Below are positions 29,766-40,223 of a stretch of DNA of 64,000 nucleotides, piece after piece. How positions within the stretch are numbered: position 1 is the stretch's first letter; every line of letters starts with the position of its first letter. This DNA comes from Burkholderiaceae bacterium (lineage in GTDB: Bacteria > Pseudomonadota > Gammaproteobacteria > Burkholderiales > Burkholderiaceae): the NCBI GenBank assembly GCA_049291875.1, contig JBATQE010000037.1, positions 7,384 through 71,383 of the forward strand, read 5' to 3'. Under the pieces are notes generated by a model. The model was not told where the DNA came from, did not search any database, and saw nothing but the letters and a program-made list of their open reading frames with translations. A program made the translations under genes and the position numbers.

Positions 29766-30647
29766 GTGAAACGAATTTTCTTATTTTTAATGACCAATAT
29801 TGCCGTGATGGTCGTCATCAGCTTGGTCTTGAACCTGCTGAACCTGAATGGCGCTTTATCCATGCGCAATGGCGATATTATGGGTCTTTTGGCCGCTTCT
29901 GCGGTGATCGGTTTTACCGGCTCTATCATTTCTCTGTTACTGTCCAAGCGTATGGCCAAGATGTCGGTCGGCGCGCACGTGATTGAACAGCCGAGTAATG
30001 AGGTGGAGCAGTGGTTGGTCGAAACCGTGCGCCGCCAAGCGACACAGGCCAATATCGGTATGCCCGAAGTGGCGATTTACGATTCGCCCGATGTCAATGC
30101 TTTTGCAACCGGCGCGAGCAAAAACAATGCTTTGGTTGCCGTCTCCACCGGTTTGCTGCGCAGCATGTCGCGTACCGAAGCCGAAGCCGTGTTGGCGCAC
30201 GAAGTATCACACGTAGCCAACGGCGATATGGTAACTTTGACCCTGATTCAGGGCGTGGTCAATACCTTCGTATTCTTCTTCTCGCGCATCATCGGTAATT
30301 TGATTGACCGCGTGGTGTTTAAAAACGAAGACGACGCGCCGGGACCTGCCTTCTTTATCACCAGCTTGATTGCACAGATTTTCTTGGGCTTTTTGGCCAC
30401 GATGATCGTCATGTGGTTCTCGCGTCAGCGCGAGTTCCGCGCGGATGCAGGCGGTGCGCACTTGTCCGGTCGTCAAAATATGATTGCGGCATTGAAACGC
30501 TTGCAGAATGTTCACGAGCCGGAGCACACGCCTGAGCAAGTCACGGCATTGGCTATCTCGGGCAAACGCACAGGTTTGATGCACTTGTTTATGAGCCACC
30601 CGCCGTTGGAAGACCGCATTGCGCGTCTGCAACAAGCAACCCAATAA
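29766..30647 (+). CDS. htpX: Membrane zinc metalloprotease HtpX
   Basis: GTG start with 'GAGAGGA' RBS gives '[17 protein letters not shown]', like E. coli HtpX. 'HEVSH' zinc motif. The upstream ORF extension is rejected. Confidence 0.9.
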   Translation: MKRIFLFLMTNIAVMVVISLVLNLLNLNGALSMRNGDIMGLLAASAVIGFTGSIISLLLSKRMAKMSVGAHVIEQPSNEVEQWLVETVRRQATQANIGMPEVAIYDSPDVNAFATGASKNNALVAVSTGLLRSMSRTEAEAVLAHEVSHVANGDMVTLTLIQGVVNTFVFFFSRIIGNLIDRVVFKNEDDAPGPAFFITSLIAQIFLGFLATMIVMWFSRQREFRADAGGAHLSGRQNMIAALKRLQNVHEPEHTPEQVTALAISGKRTGLMHLFMSHPPLEDRIARLQQATQ

Positions 30648-30665
30648 CCCATGCTTAACATGATC

Positions 30666-30693
30666 AACCGCTGTTTTTACAGCGGTTTTTTAT
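30666..30693 (+). terminator. Rho-independent terminator after htpX
   Basis: 'AACCGCTGT-TTTT-ACAGCGGTT' followed by 'TTTTAT'. Confidence 0.75.
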
Positions 30694-30841
30694 TGGGCGA
30701 AGCTAACTTTACAATTATTTACAAACTTGTGAAAAACGCTACTGTAAAATCGACTCCAGAGTAAGCGAGCGGCGTATTTTTCAATATACGTTTTCAATAC
30801 GCTTGTGTGGTATTTTGGACGTAGGCAGAGAAGGACGTGGT

Positions 30842-32410
30842 ATGAATTATCTGAAACCGATTTTTGCTTTAACTTCGATGCTGGCTTTGGGTGTGGTTCA
30901 GGCGGCCGATTCACCTGCGGGCACGCCGCCTGCCGGTGCTCCTCCGAGTGGTGCCGGCGCTCCGCCGCCACTGATGGGATCGCAGCTCCCCGTACCGAAA
31001 CCCGGTGTGTATGGTTTGAACTTTGATGCGAAAAACTATACGATGAAAAGCATTGAGGTGGGCGGTAAAACCGTTCAATACCGCGCGTTTGAAAACATCG
31101 TGTACGTCACGCATCCGGTCGATACCAAGTACCAACGCATGAATGTGTATGTCCCGGAAAGCTATTACGAAGGCAAAACCGTTGGCCGCTTTAGCGCGCA
31201 AACGGCGCCGATTTTCTTCCCGAATTCCGTCGGCGGCTATATGCCGGGTGATCCGGGTAGCCCGGGGTTGGATATGGAGGGCAAAGATGCAAATGCGATT
31301 GCCGTGGCTCTGTCCAAAGGTTATATCGTCGCGGCGCCGGGTGCGCGTGGACGCACAACAAAAAATGATGCGGGACAATACACCGGCAAAGCACCTGCGG
31401 CGATTGTTGATCTGAAAGCTGCGGTGCGTTACCTGCGTTACAACGACAAAATCATGCCGGGGGACGCGGAAAAAATCATTTCCAACGGCACCAGCGCGGG
31501 CGGCGCCTTATCCGCCTTGCTGGGGGCGAGCGGCAACCATCCCGATTATGAGCCGTATTTGAAAGCCATTGGCGCGGCTAAGGCGCGTGATGACATCTTC
31601 GCCGTATCTGCCTACTGCCCGATTGCCAATCTGGAGCATGCCGATGCGGCGTATGAGTGGCAGTTTAATGGCGTGAACGACTACAAAAAAATGGTAATGT
31701 CGCAAATGATTGACTGGCATATGGAGCGCAAAGAGGTGCAGGGCACATTGACCGCCGATCAAATCAAAGTGTCGGATGAACTCAAAAGCCTGTTTCCGAA
31801 TTATCTCAATAGCTTGGGACTGAGAACCGCCGATGGCAAACGCCTGACTCTGGACGCGCAGGGTAACGGCAGCTTTAAAGAACACGTCAAATCCTATGTC
31901 ATTGCCTCCGCGCAAAAAGCCTTGGACAGCGGTACAAACCTGTCCGATGTGTCGTGGCTGACGATTAAAAACGGTAAAGTCACCGATTTGGATTTCCCGC
32001 AATACCTCCAATCCATCATGCGCATGAAAACGCCACCGGCATTTGACGCGCTGGATTTGAGCAGCGGGGAGAATGATTTATTTGGTACGGCAACCGTTGC
32101 GGCCAAACACTTCACGCCGTATTCGCTGAAAAATGGCACATCTAAGGGTGAAATGGCTGATGCCATGTCGGTCAAAATGATGAATCCTATGGCATACATC
32201 GGGGCGAAAGAAGCGAGCAATGCCCAGCACTGGCGCATCCGTCATGGCGCGATTGACCGCGATACCTCGCTGGCCATTCCGGTGATTTTGGCCACCCAAT
32301 TGCAGGGATCGGGTAAGCATGTGGACTTTGCCTTGCCGTGGAATCGCCCACACAGCGGCGATTATGATTTGGAAGAATTGTTTGCTTGGGCCGAGAAAGT
32401 GACGCGTTAA
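30842..32410 (+). CDS. Secreted alpha/beta hydrolase homologous to subtype-B tannase (tannin acyl hydrolase / gallate esterase)
   Basis: Signal peptide 'MNYLKPIFALTSMLALGVVQA' and a Pro-rich linker. Long blocks match remembered Lactobacillus plantarum TanB: 'APIFFPNSVGGYMPG', 'GARGRTT', 'NGTSAGGA', 'DDIFAVSAYCPIANLEHADAAYEWQFNG', 'HWRIRHGAIDRDTS', 'FALPWNRPHSGDYD'. Confidence 0.7.
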   Translation: MNYLKPIFALTSMLALGVVQAADSPAGTPPAGAPPSGAGAPPPLMGSQLPVPKPGVYGLNFDAKNYTMKSIEVGGKTVQYRAFENIVYVTHPVDTKYQRMNVYVPESYYEGKTVGRFSAQTAPIFFPNSVGGYMPGDPGSPGLDMEGKDANAIAVALSKGYIVAAPGARGRTTKNDAGQYTGKAPAAIVDLKAAVRYLRYNDKIMPGDAEKIISNGTSAGGALSALLGASGNHPDYEPYLKAIGAAKARDDIFAVSAYCPIANLEHADAAYEWQFNGVNDYKKMVMSQMIDWHMERKEVQGTLTADQIKVSDELKSLFPNYLNSLGLRTADGKRLTLDAQGNGSFKEHVKSYVIASAQKALDSGTNLSDVSWLTIKNGKVTDLDFPQYLQSIMRMKTPPAFDALDLSSGENDLFGTATVAAKHFTPYSLKNGTSKGEMADAMSVKMMNPMAYIGAKEASNAQHWRIRHGAIDRDTSLAIPVILATQLQGSGKHVDFALPWNRPHSGDYDLEELFAWAEKVTR

Positions 32411-32439
32411 TTGACGCGCTAATTGGATAGGTGCTTAAG

Positions 32440-32472
32440 AAAGCCGCTGTGTTGATCGCAGCGGCTTTTTAT
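32440..32472. terminator. Bidirectional hairpin terminator between convergent genes
   Basis: 'AAGCCGCTG-TGTTGATCG-CAGCGGCTT' followed by 'TTTAT' and preceded by 'AAGAAA'. Confidence 0.7.
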
Positions 32473-32507
32473 CATTGGCAATTATTCGGGGGTGTGGACA
32501 AAGTAAA

Positions 32508-33068
32508 TTATGAGCAGCCTTCCACATAATTCACCGAAGGATTCAGACCGGCGCGGATCGCGGTGATACGCCCTTTGCTCTCCTCCAAAACAAACGCTGT
32601 GCGTCGATCAGGTGCGGAAACGGTTAAGTAATGACCCGTTTCATCATACTTGTGCTCGGTAATCACTGCACTTGGATGGCGTTTGAGCACCTCTGCGCTG
32701 CTCATGTTGAACGTGACATTCAGGCTGTTCGGCAGGCTTTGGCGCAAGTCGGCGCGGGTAATCACGTCGTTTTCTACCATAAAAAGGATGTTCGGGTAGC
32801 GGGCAAACGCCACATACGCGCATTCGCGCTCTTCGGGCGCGATGGGCTGTTTCATTGAGTCGCGCAAGGCTTGAGGCAATTGGCTCAGTTTTTCACCGAA
32901 CTGAATCTCGCCGTAACCCTGCATGGACAAAGTTGGTGCAGCAGGAATGGGCTGTGTTTGAGCGCTTGGATATTGGGAGCCGGTCATACATGCCGCAAGG
33001 CCGATAATCGAGCATGCCGCCGCAATCAGCGGACGCATGAGGGTGTTGGAACGTTGTTTGGGTTGCAT
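32508..33068 (-). CDS. Hypothetical lipoprotein
   Basis: Lipobox 'IIGLAAC' after a basic, hydrophobic N-terminus. No family recognised. Start could be either the first or the second Met. Confidence 0.5.
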   Translation of the reverse strand: MQPKQRSNTLMRPLIAAACSIIGLAACMTGSQYPSAQTQPIPAAPTLSMQGYGEIQFGEKLSQLPQALRDSMKQPIAPEERECAYVAFARYPNILFMVENDVITRADLRQSLPNSLNVTFNMSSAEVLKRHPSAVITEHKYDETGHYLTVSAPDRRTAFVLEESKGRITAIRAGLNPSVNYVEGCS

Positions 33069-33085
33069 GGCAAACCTCCTTAAAT

Positions 33086-33114
33086 GAAAACACCATCTTA
33101 TGACAGATGGTGTG
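33086..33114 (-). terminator. Terminator-like hairpin after the rhodanese gene
   Basis: 'ACACCATCT-TATGAC-AGATGGTGT', followed on the minus strand by 'TTTCATTT'. Confidence 0.55.
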
Positions 33115-33145
33115 ATTTCATTATAAGCCTTTATGCGTGGAGGTG

Positions 33146-33487
33146 TCAGCGAACGAGTGATTTTCCCGTCAATTGCGCGGTTTCATGCGCCGTACCGCCA
33201 TTGATGACGTGGGTATAACCCAACTGCATTAAGGCATTGCGCGCATAGGCCGAGCGCATACCCGAGGCGCAGTACAGCACCAGCGTGCGCGCTTTATCGT
33301 CGTTTAAAGCGTCCAATGCGGCCAAATTTTGCGGCTCAATGGCTTCCACCGGAATATTCAACGCGCCTTCAACATGCCCCATGGCAAACTCGGCAGGCGA
33401 GCGTACATCAATCACCAATGCGTTCTCCGGTAATGGTTCGCTCGGCGTGCCGCGCATTTGCGCTTTGAGTTGATCAAATACACTCAT
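33146..33487 (-). CDS. Single-domain rhodanese sulfurtransferase
   Basis: 113 aa with active-site loop 'YCASGMRS'. Sits 2 nt downstream of aspS. Confidence 0.8.
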   Translation of the reverse strand: MSVFDQLKAQMRGTPSEPLPENALVIDVRSPAEFAMGHVEGALNIPVEAIEPQNLAALDALNDDKARTLVLYCASGMRSAYARNALMQLGYTHVINGGTAHETAQLTGKSLVR

Positions 33488-33489
33488 GC

Positions 33490-35289
33490 TCAGTCCTTTT
33501 TGACCTCAATATTGGCTTGAACATTACGCAGGCGAATGTGCAGTTCGCGCAATTGTTTTTCGTCCACCGGCGATGGCGCTTGCGTGAGCAAACATTGCGC
33601 GCGCTGGGTTTTCGGGAAGGCAATCACGTCGCGGATGGATTCTGCACCGGCCATCATGGTGACGATGCGATCCAAACCGAAGGCGATACCGCCGTGCGGT
33701 GGCGCGCCGTATTGCAATGCATCGAGCAGGAAGCCGAATTTGGCTTGTGCTTCTTCGGCGTCGATGTTCAATGCACGGAATACCTTGCTTTGTACTTCCT
33801 CGCGGTGAATACGCACCGAGCCGCCGCCGATTTCCCAGCCGTTCAATACCATGTCGTAGGCTTTAGCAATGCACAGACCCGGATTGGTCGAGAGGTAGTC
33901 TTCGTGTCCGTCTTTCGGTGCGGTGAACGGGTGGTGGCAAGCAACCCAGCGCTTGGCTTCGTCATCGTACTCAAACATTGGGAAGTCAACCACCCACAGT
34001 GGTTTCCAGTCGCCTGAGGCCAAGCCTTTTTCGTGGCCGATTTTGATGCGCAATGCGCCAATTGCGTCGTTCACCACTTTGGCGCGATCCGCGCCAAAGA
34101 AGATGATGTCGCCGTTTTGCGCACCGGTGCGCTCCAAAATTGCTTTCAAAGCTTCATCACCGATGTTTTTCACGATTGGCGATTGCAGGCCGTCACGACT
34201 GGCGGCGATGTCATTGACCTTGATGTAGGCCAGACCTTTCGCGCCGTAAATGCCGACGAATTGGGTGTAGGCGTCGATTTCCGAGCGTGAGATTTCCGCG
34301 CCATTCGGTACGCGCAGGGCGACCACACGGCCATCTTCGAGGTTTGCAGCCGAATTGAATACTTTGAACTCAACGGTTTTCATCACGTCGGTCAACTCGG
34401 TGAATTGCAATGGTACGCGCAAATCCGGTTTGTCCGAGCCGTACAAATGCATCGCATCGGCGTAGCTCATGGTCGGGAACGGGTCGGCCAATTCAACGTT
34501 CAATACCTCTTTGAACACGCCGCGAATCATGTTTTCAAACAATGCACGGATGTCTTGCTCGGTCATGAATGAGGTTTCAATATCCACTTGGGTGAATTCG
34601 GGTTGGCGATCCGCGCGTAAATCTTCGTCGCGGAAACATTTGACGATTTGGTAGTAACGATCATAGCCCGCGATCATCAGCATCTGTTTGAACAATTGCG
34701 GTGATTGTGGCAGGGCGAAAAACTGACCGTCGTGCACGCGTGAGGGTACGAGGTAGTCGCGCGCGCCTTCGGGCGTGGATTTGGTCAGCATCGGCGTTTC
34801 GATGTCGATGAAGTCATTCGCGTCCAAAAATTTGCGAATTGCCATCGCGGTACGATAGCGCAGCTTCATATTGTGCTGCATTTGCGGACGACGCAGATCA
34901 AGCACGCGGTGCGTCAGGCGGGTGGTTTCCGACAGGTTTTCTTCGTCCAATTGGAACGGTGGCGTCACAGATGGGTTGAGGATTTCGAGTGCGTCGCAGA
35001 CGACTTCGATTTCGCCGGTCGGCAGTTTTGCGTTCACCAACGCGGCATCGCGTGCCACCACATGGCCGGTGATTTTGACGCAAAATTCGTTGCGCAAAGA
35101 CGAAGCCAATTCAAACATCGCGGCATCATCCGGATTGCACACGACCTGCACCAAGCCTTCTTTATCACGGACGTCGAGAAAAATCACGCCACCGTGGTCG
35201 CGACGACGGTTAATCCAGCCGCCTAAAGTAACGGTTTGTCCAACGTTTTCACGGGTCAATTGACCACAAAAATGACTGCGCATGCTCAT
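33490..35289 (-). CDS. aspS: Aspartate--tRNA ligase
   Basis: 599 aa. '[37 protein letters not shown]' N-terminus and class II motifs '[16 protein letters not shown]' and 'GGIAFGLDR'. Confidence 0.95.
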   Translation of the reverse strand: MSMRSHFCGQLTRENVGQTVTLGGWINRRRDHGGVIFLDVRDKEGLVQVVCNPDDAAMFELASSLRNEFCVKITGHVVARDAALVNAKLPTGEIEVVCDALEILNPSVTPPFQLDEENLSETTRLTHRVLDLRRPQMQHNMKLRYRTAMAIRKFLDANDFIDIETPMLTKSTPEGARDYLVPSRVHDGQFFALPQSPQLFKQMLMIAGYDRYYQIVKCFRDEDLRADRQPEFTQVDIETSFMTEQDIRALFENMIRGVFKEVLNVELADPFPTMSYADAMHLYGSDKPDLRVPLQFTELTDVMKTVEFKVFNSAANLEDGRVVALRVPNGAEISRSEIDAYTQFVGIYGAKGLAYIKVNDIAASRDGLQSPIVKNIGDEALKAILERTGAQNGDIIFFGADRAKVVNDAIGALRIKIGHEKGLASGDWKPLWVVDFPMFEYDDEAKRWVACHHPFTAPKDGHEDYLSTNPGLCIAKAYDMVLNGWEIGGGSVRIHREEVQSKVFRALNIDAEEAQAKFGFLLDALQYGAPPHGGIAFGLDRIVTMMAGAESIRDVIAFPKTQRAQCLLTQAPSPVDEKQLRELHIRLRNVQANIEVKKD

Positions 35290-35355
35290 ACTGAATGTCT
35301 TTCTATACGTTCAAAAATAAAGGGTTGCTGGGTGTTTCATCAAAATCATTCGCCA

Positions 35356-36144
35356 TCAATGATCGGTTTTACTTTGCTCAGGTGCTGCCGCACTCGGTAC
35401 AGTCGGCGCTCGATTGTCGTTTGTTTCGCTCAGTTGTGCCAAATCCTTGAGCTGTTCTTGAATCATCTCGGCATTTTTAGCGTTGGCTCTTTTGCCTGAG
35501 GATTTTTCATTCAGATCAACCACACCCATCGAGATGATGTATTTGAGGGCTTCGTCCACGCTCATGCTCAATTCGATCACTTCCGAACGCTTCATAATGA
35601 GGAAAAACCCGGATGTTGGGTTCGGTGTCGTCGGTACATAGACGCTCACGCATTCTTCCGGCAGATGGCGGCCAACTTCGCCCGACGGTGTGCCGGTTTG
35701 AAAGGCCACCGTCCAAACACCTGCGCGCGGATATTGTACCAAAAGTGCTTTGCGAAACGCTTGTCCGCTGCTGGAAAAAAGAGTATCGGAGACTTGTTTG
35801 ACGCTGCCGTAAACGCTTTTGATAATGGGAATACGCGACAGCGCCGAATCCATGACGCGCAAAAACCATTGTCCGAGAAAGTTGGCCGCCATCATGCCGG
35901 TGAAAAACAGCAGTAGAACGACCAAAATCACGCCGAGGCCGGGAATGTCTTTAACTTTGGAAAACTCATCGGCCAATGCGGTGGGTAAGAATGCCGCAAT
36001 CGCATCAATCACGCTGGCGAAAATCCCTTGCAAAATGCCCATCCCCCATGCGATGACGGCAATGGTGATGATGACCGGAACCCAGACCAGAACGCCTGTG
36101 ACCAGATATTTACGGATTTTTGCACTGCTTAAGTCAAATTTCAT
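35356..36144 (-). CDS. DUF502 family membrane protein
   Basis: 262 aa. N-terminal TM helices and 'IPIIKSVYGSVKQV', 'VPTTPNPTSGF' blocks typical of DUF502. Confidence 0.75.
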   Translation of the reverse strand: MKFDLSSAKIRKYLVTGVLVWVPVIITIAVIAWGMGILQGIFASVIDAIAAFLPTALADEFSKVKDIPGLGVILVVLLLFFTGMMAANFLGQWFLRVMDSALSRIPIIKSVYGSVKQVSDTLFSSSGQAFRKALLVQYPRAGVWTVAFQTGTPSGEVGRHLPEECVSVYVPTTPNPTSGFFLIMKRSEVIELSMSVDEALKYIISMGVVDLNEKSSGKRANAKNAEMIQEQLKDLAQLSETNDNRAPTVPSAAAPEQSKTDH

Positions 36145-36190
36145 TGTGTGTTCAATCGGGGTTGATGATGCTTTTTATGGTTGCTCTTCT

Positions 36191-36448
36191 TTAGTGAGCG
36201 GTACAGCTGCCGGCACACGGCGGTGCTGGTGTTTCGTTGATTTTGGCTTCTTTCACCGCAGGACAGGTACCCGCGAAATCGGTGGTGTACCAGCCGGAGC
36301 CTTTGAGCTGAAAGCCTGCGGCGGTGATTTGTTTGCCAAACGTTTCGTGTGAACAGGCAGGACAGATAGTCAAAACCGGATCGCTCAGTTTTTGCAAAAC
36401 GTCTTGTTGATGACCGCATTGCTGGCATCGATAGGCGTAAATCGGCAT
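36191..36448 (-). CDS. FmdB-family zinc-ribbon protein
   Basis: 'MPIYAYRCQQCGH...ICPACS': CxxC...CxxC zinc ribbon at the N-terminus. 85 aa. Confidence 0.75.
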   Translation of the reverse strand: MPIYAYRCQQCGHQQDVLQKLSDPVLTICPACSHETFGKQITAAGFQLKGSGWYTTDFAGTCPAVKEAKINETPAPPCAGSCTAH

Positions 36449-36637
36449 GTCCTGTATTCCTTATGATTCAAAAACAAACACCACATCGGTTATCAGACAT
36501 GATCTCATGAGTGTAAATCCATGAAATTCGCGTCTATACGGATGTGGTCAAGCATTCAACATTATACGGCGAAAGTCGCTTTTTGACAACGCGCTCATGC
36601 GGTTGGGGTGAGGTAATGGCTTGAGTGAACTCAGGTT

Positions 36638-37018
36638 TTATGCGGATTTTGCGTTGGCCGATGGTGCTTGCATGGCGACCGTGCCTTGGTAGACCGCCCC
36701 CGGTTCCACTTGCAGGATGTGCGCTTCGATATTGCCGTAAATTTGCGCGGTTTGCTTTAACTGCAATTGGTGCGCATGAATATTGCCATCCAAACGGCCA
36801 AATACAATCAAGTCGGCGCAGCGCACATCGCCCTGTACATGGCTTTTTTCGCCAATGATGACGCTGCCTTCGATATTTAGATTGCCTTGAATTTCACCGT
36901 CAATTTTGATGGAGTCTTTCGCGCTGATATTGCCTTCAATGCGGCAACCTTCGCCAATGAGGGTGCTGATATTGGCATTGCTGATATGCAAGTCTGCTGC
37001 TTTTTTATTATTAAACAT
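36638..37018 (-). CDS. Bactofilin (polymer-forming cytoskeletal protein)
   Basis: 126 aa. Repetitive beta-helix pattern 'IEGNISAKDSIKIDGEIQGNLNIEGSVIIGEKSHVQGDV'. Confidence 0.75.
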   Translation of the reverse strand: MFNNKKAADLHISNANISTLIGEGCRIEGNISAKDSIKIDGEIQGNLNIEGSVIIGEKSHVQGDVRCADLIVFGRLDGNIHAHQLQLKQTAQIYGNIEAHILQVEPGAVYQGTVAMQAPSANAKSA

Positions 37019-37036
37019 GGTGTTGGGGGTGCTTAA

Positions 37037-37918
37037 TTATTGTGTTGCAAGGGTCAAAAATTGTTCGGGATCAATTGGCGTGCCGTTTTTACGAACTTCG
37101 TAGTGTAAATGCGGACCGGTGGAGCGGCCGGTCGAGCCGACTTTGCCGATGATATCGCCGGAGTTGATCGTTTGGCCATTTTTTACGTCGATTTGAGACA
37201 GATGCGCAAAGAGGATTTCGTAACCGCTCTTCAAGCTGATGCGCACGACGTTGCCATAGCCGTTTTGCACGCCGGCAAAGTTCACCACGCCGCTGGCTGT
37301 GGCGGCAACGGGATCGCCAATTTGACCGCGAAAGTCCAATCCTGAGTGCGCTTCTGCTCCGGCTCCAGAGAATGGGTTCGCACGCGAGCCAAAGGTGGAG
37401 CTGATTTCCGTAGAAACTGGCGCGCCGAGTGGGGTGGCTTTGAGTGCCGCCAATAAATTTTGCGTATCTTGTGCGTAGCTGCCCATGAATGGCACCGGTG
37501 CAGAGACTTTCAATACGGCAGGGCCGCCCGCCGCATCATTCGGCTTTCCCAGCTCTTCTCCTTTTTTCGCAGGGACGGTGTATGCGCCGCGCTCTTGTAG
37601 ATAGTTTTGCAGTTCTAAAACGGCTTTTTCCGATTTTTTCAGTTCGGTCAATTTGGCGTTTACCTCAGCAGAAGTAAAGTTTTGCAAATCGGTCACTTGC
37701 TGTTGCAGTTGTGCGTTTTGTTGTGCGGTGTTGTGGTGCTTGTATAGGAGTGTGGCAAAACCAACGCCCAGCGCCAGTGTGGTGATGCTCAAGCCAATAA
37801 TGGTGGGTTTGATATAGCGCAACAATTTGGCGTTCACCCGCACCATTTTGGTTTGGTTTTGCTCAATAATCAGCACCGTTGAACGGTCTTGTTTGGTCAT
37901 AATGAAATGCCTCAACAA
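37037..37918 (-). CDS. M23 family (LytM-type) peptidoglycan endopeptidase, membrane-anchored with coiled-coil
   Basis: TM helix 'IIGLSITTLALGVGFATLL', a coiled segment, and M23 motifs 'HSGLDF' and 'GSTGRSTGPHLHYEV'. Sits 18 nt upstream of the bactofilin gene. Confidence 0.8.
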   Translation of the reverse strand: MLRHFIMTKQDRSTVLIIEQNQTKMVRVNAKLLRYIKPTIIGLSITTLALGVGFATLLYKHHNTAQQNAQLQQQVTDLQNFTSAEVNAKLTELKKSEKAVLELQNYLQERGAYTVPAKKGEELGKPNDAAGGPAVLKVSAPVPFMGSYAQDTQNLLAALKATPLGAPVSTEISSTFGSRANPFSGAGAEAHSGLDFRGQIGDPVAATASGVVNFAGVQNGYGNVVRISLKSGYEILFAHLSQIDVKNGQTINSGDIIGKVGSTGRSTGPHLHYEVRKNGTPIDPEQFLTLATQ

Positions 37919-38152
37919 TGTAATCTAATCGCTTGTTATTGCACCGATTAGTGTGTTGAATTTTATAAAAATACTGCCGTTAACAGAGAACGGGCAGGCG
38001 GAAAATGGCGCGATTGTAAAACAAATATGACCGAACGTTTGTGAATATTTGTAAAGTTAAACATTCGGTTTTACTTTGAAAAAGTCTAAATCCAATTAAA
38101 AACAATTAATTAGATTGATTGTTTAAAGTAATTTATCTTTATATTTGCTTGC

Positions 38153-39418
38153 TTATTTGCCACTGCGCATCATCATATCGAAAAATTCTGCATTATTTTT
38201 GGTCTGACGCATTTTATCCAAAATAAACTCCATCGCGGCGATGTCGTCCATCTCGTATAAGAATTTGCGCAGAATCCAAACTTTTTGCAACACATCCTGT
38301 TTGAGCAGCAATTCTTCACGGCGCGTGCCGGAACGGTTCAGAGAAATAGTCGGGTAAACGCGCTTTTCGGACATTTTGCGATCAAGCAGCAATTCCATAT
38401 TACCCGTGCCTTTGAATTCCTCAAAAATCACGTCGTCCATGCGCGAGCCGGTGTCGATCAATGCCGTGGCGATGATGGTCAACGAACCGCCTTCTTCAAT
38501 ATTGCGCGCGGCACCGAAGAATCGTTTCGGGCGTTGCAAGGCGTTGGCATCCACACCGCCGGTCAGTACTTTGCCGGAAGAAGGGATGACGTTGTTGTAT
38601 GCGCGCGCCAGTCGGGTGATGGAGTCGAGTAAAATCACCACGTCTCTACCTGTTTCGGCCAGACGTTTGGCTTTTTCAATTACCATCTCGGCCACTTGTA
38701 CGTGTCGCGTGGCTGGCTCATCAAAGGTGGAGGCGACCACCTCACCTTTGACCGAGCGCTCCATTTCGGTCACTTCTTCTGGGCGCTCGTCAATCAGCAG
38801 GACAAATAGGTTGATGTCCGGGCGGTTGGCGGTGATGGCGTGGGCAATATTTTGCAGCATCACGGTTTTACCGGATTTCGGTTGTGCGACGATCAAGCCA
38901 CGCTGCCCCAAACCAATCGGCGCGATCAGGTCAATAATGCGACCGGTGATGTTTTCTTCGGCGCGGATGTCGCGCTCCAAGGGCAGGAGTTTGTTCGGAT
39001 GAATCGCCGTCAGGTTTTCAAACATGATGCGGTGTTTGGTATGTTCCGGCGGCAAGCCATTCACTTTATCTACTTTGACCAAGGCGAAATAGCGCTCATT
39101 GTCCTTCGGCGTGCGCACCTCGCCCTCAATGGTGTCGCCGGTGTGCAGATTGAAGCGACGAATCTGCGCCGGAGAGATATAAATATCGTCGGTGCTGGCC
39201 AAATAGGAGGTCTCGGGTGAACGTAAGAAGCCAAAACCATCCGGCAATACTTCCAATGTGCCGTCACCAAACACCGCTTCGCCGGCTTTCGCATGGCGTT
39301 TGAGGATGGCGAACATGAGCTCTTGCTTGCGCAGGCGGCTGGCATTTTCGATGCCCAGTTCCAGAGCGGTATCAACCAGTGCTTTGATGGGTAATGATTT
39401 GAGTTCGTTTAAGTGCAT
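38153..39418 (-). CDS. rho: Transcription termination factor Rho
   Basis: 421 aa. '[11 protein letters not shown]', Walker A 'PKSGKT', '[13 protein letters not shown]' and '[18 protein letters not shown]'. Confidence 0.95.
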   Translation of the reverse strand: MHLNELKSLPIKALVDTALELGIENASRLRKQELMFAILKRHAKAGEAVFGDGTLEVLPDGFGFLRSPETSYLASTDDIYISPAQIRRFNLHTGDTIEGEVRTPKDNERYFALVKVDKVNGLPPEHTKHRIMFENLTAIHPNKLLPLERDIRAEENITGRIIDLIAPIGLGQRGLIVAQPKSGKTVMLQNIAHAITANRPDINLFVLLIDERPEEVTEMERSVKGEVVASTFDEPATRHVQVAEMVIEKAKRLAETGRDVVILLDSITRLARAYNNVIPSSGKVLTGGVDANALQRPKRFFGAARNIEEGGSLTIIATALIDTGSRMDDVIFEEFKGTGNMELLLDRKMSEKRVYPTISLNRSGTRREELLLKQDVLQKVWILRKFLYEMDDIAAMEFILDKMRQTKNNAEFFDMMMRSGK

Positions 39419-39714
39419 AGTAGTGTTGGGTCTTTGGAAGTAAAAAGAATGACGTGAGTGAGGTCAAGCATGAGACGATACGCCGGGAGCTAAGCGATTT
39501 TAATAGTAGGTGTTTTGTATCGGGATGAATGGGCGAAAGATGATCGGGACGTATTTAATGCAATCGTGTGATCAATTGCGAACAGCCCTATATTCGATAT
39601 GGCGTGAACCGTTGCCTGAGCAGCCTTGCTTTACAATTGAGATATATCAATCGATGGGGCGGATTATGCCGATTTGAGCGTTGTTTGTCAAATCGGCATC
39701 GTGTAGGGTAGAAA

Positions 39715-40038
39715 TTAGATGTGGCTGTCGATGAAAGCGGCCAATTGGGATTTGCTGGCGGCGCCGACTTTGGTTCCCATCAATGTACCATTTTTGAATA
39801 ACAACAGGGTTGGAATACCACGAATGCCGAATTTGGCCGGAGATTCTTGGTTTTCATCGACGTTGACTTTAACGATACTCACTTTGCCCGCGTAATCTGC
39901 GGCCAATTCGTCCAAAATCGGGGCGATCATTTTACAAGGGCCGCACCATGCCGCCCAAAAATCGACCAATACAGGTACGGAAGATTGCAAAACATCGCTT
40001 TCAAAAGAAGCGTCGGTAACTTGTTTGAGTGAGCTCAT
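39715..40038 (-). CDS. trxA: Thioredoxin
   Basis: 107 aa with active site 'WAAWCGPCK'. Confidence 0.95.
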   Translation of the reverse strand: MSSLKQVTDASFESDVLQSSVPVLVDFWAAWCGPCKMIAPILDELAADYAGKVSIVKVNVDENQESPAKFGIRGIPTLLLFKNGTLMGTKVGAASKSQLAAFIDSHI

Positions 40039-40223
40039 GGTTTCGTCCTTGTGTTGAATTTAAATGAATGCTGTTAAATAAAATGACTGCTATTTTTGCG
40101 CAATGAAATTCGCAAAGTATTTCTCGCAGTGACAACAGCCATATGAAGCAAAAAATGGTTTTTTCAAGTGCGCACATTTTAAACTGTTTTTTTAAAACGT
40201 GTTGGCCTTGCGTGTTTTGACGC

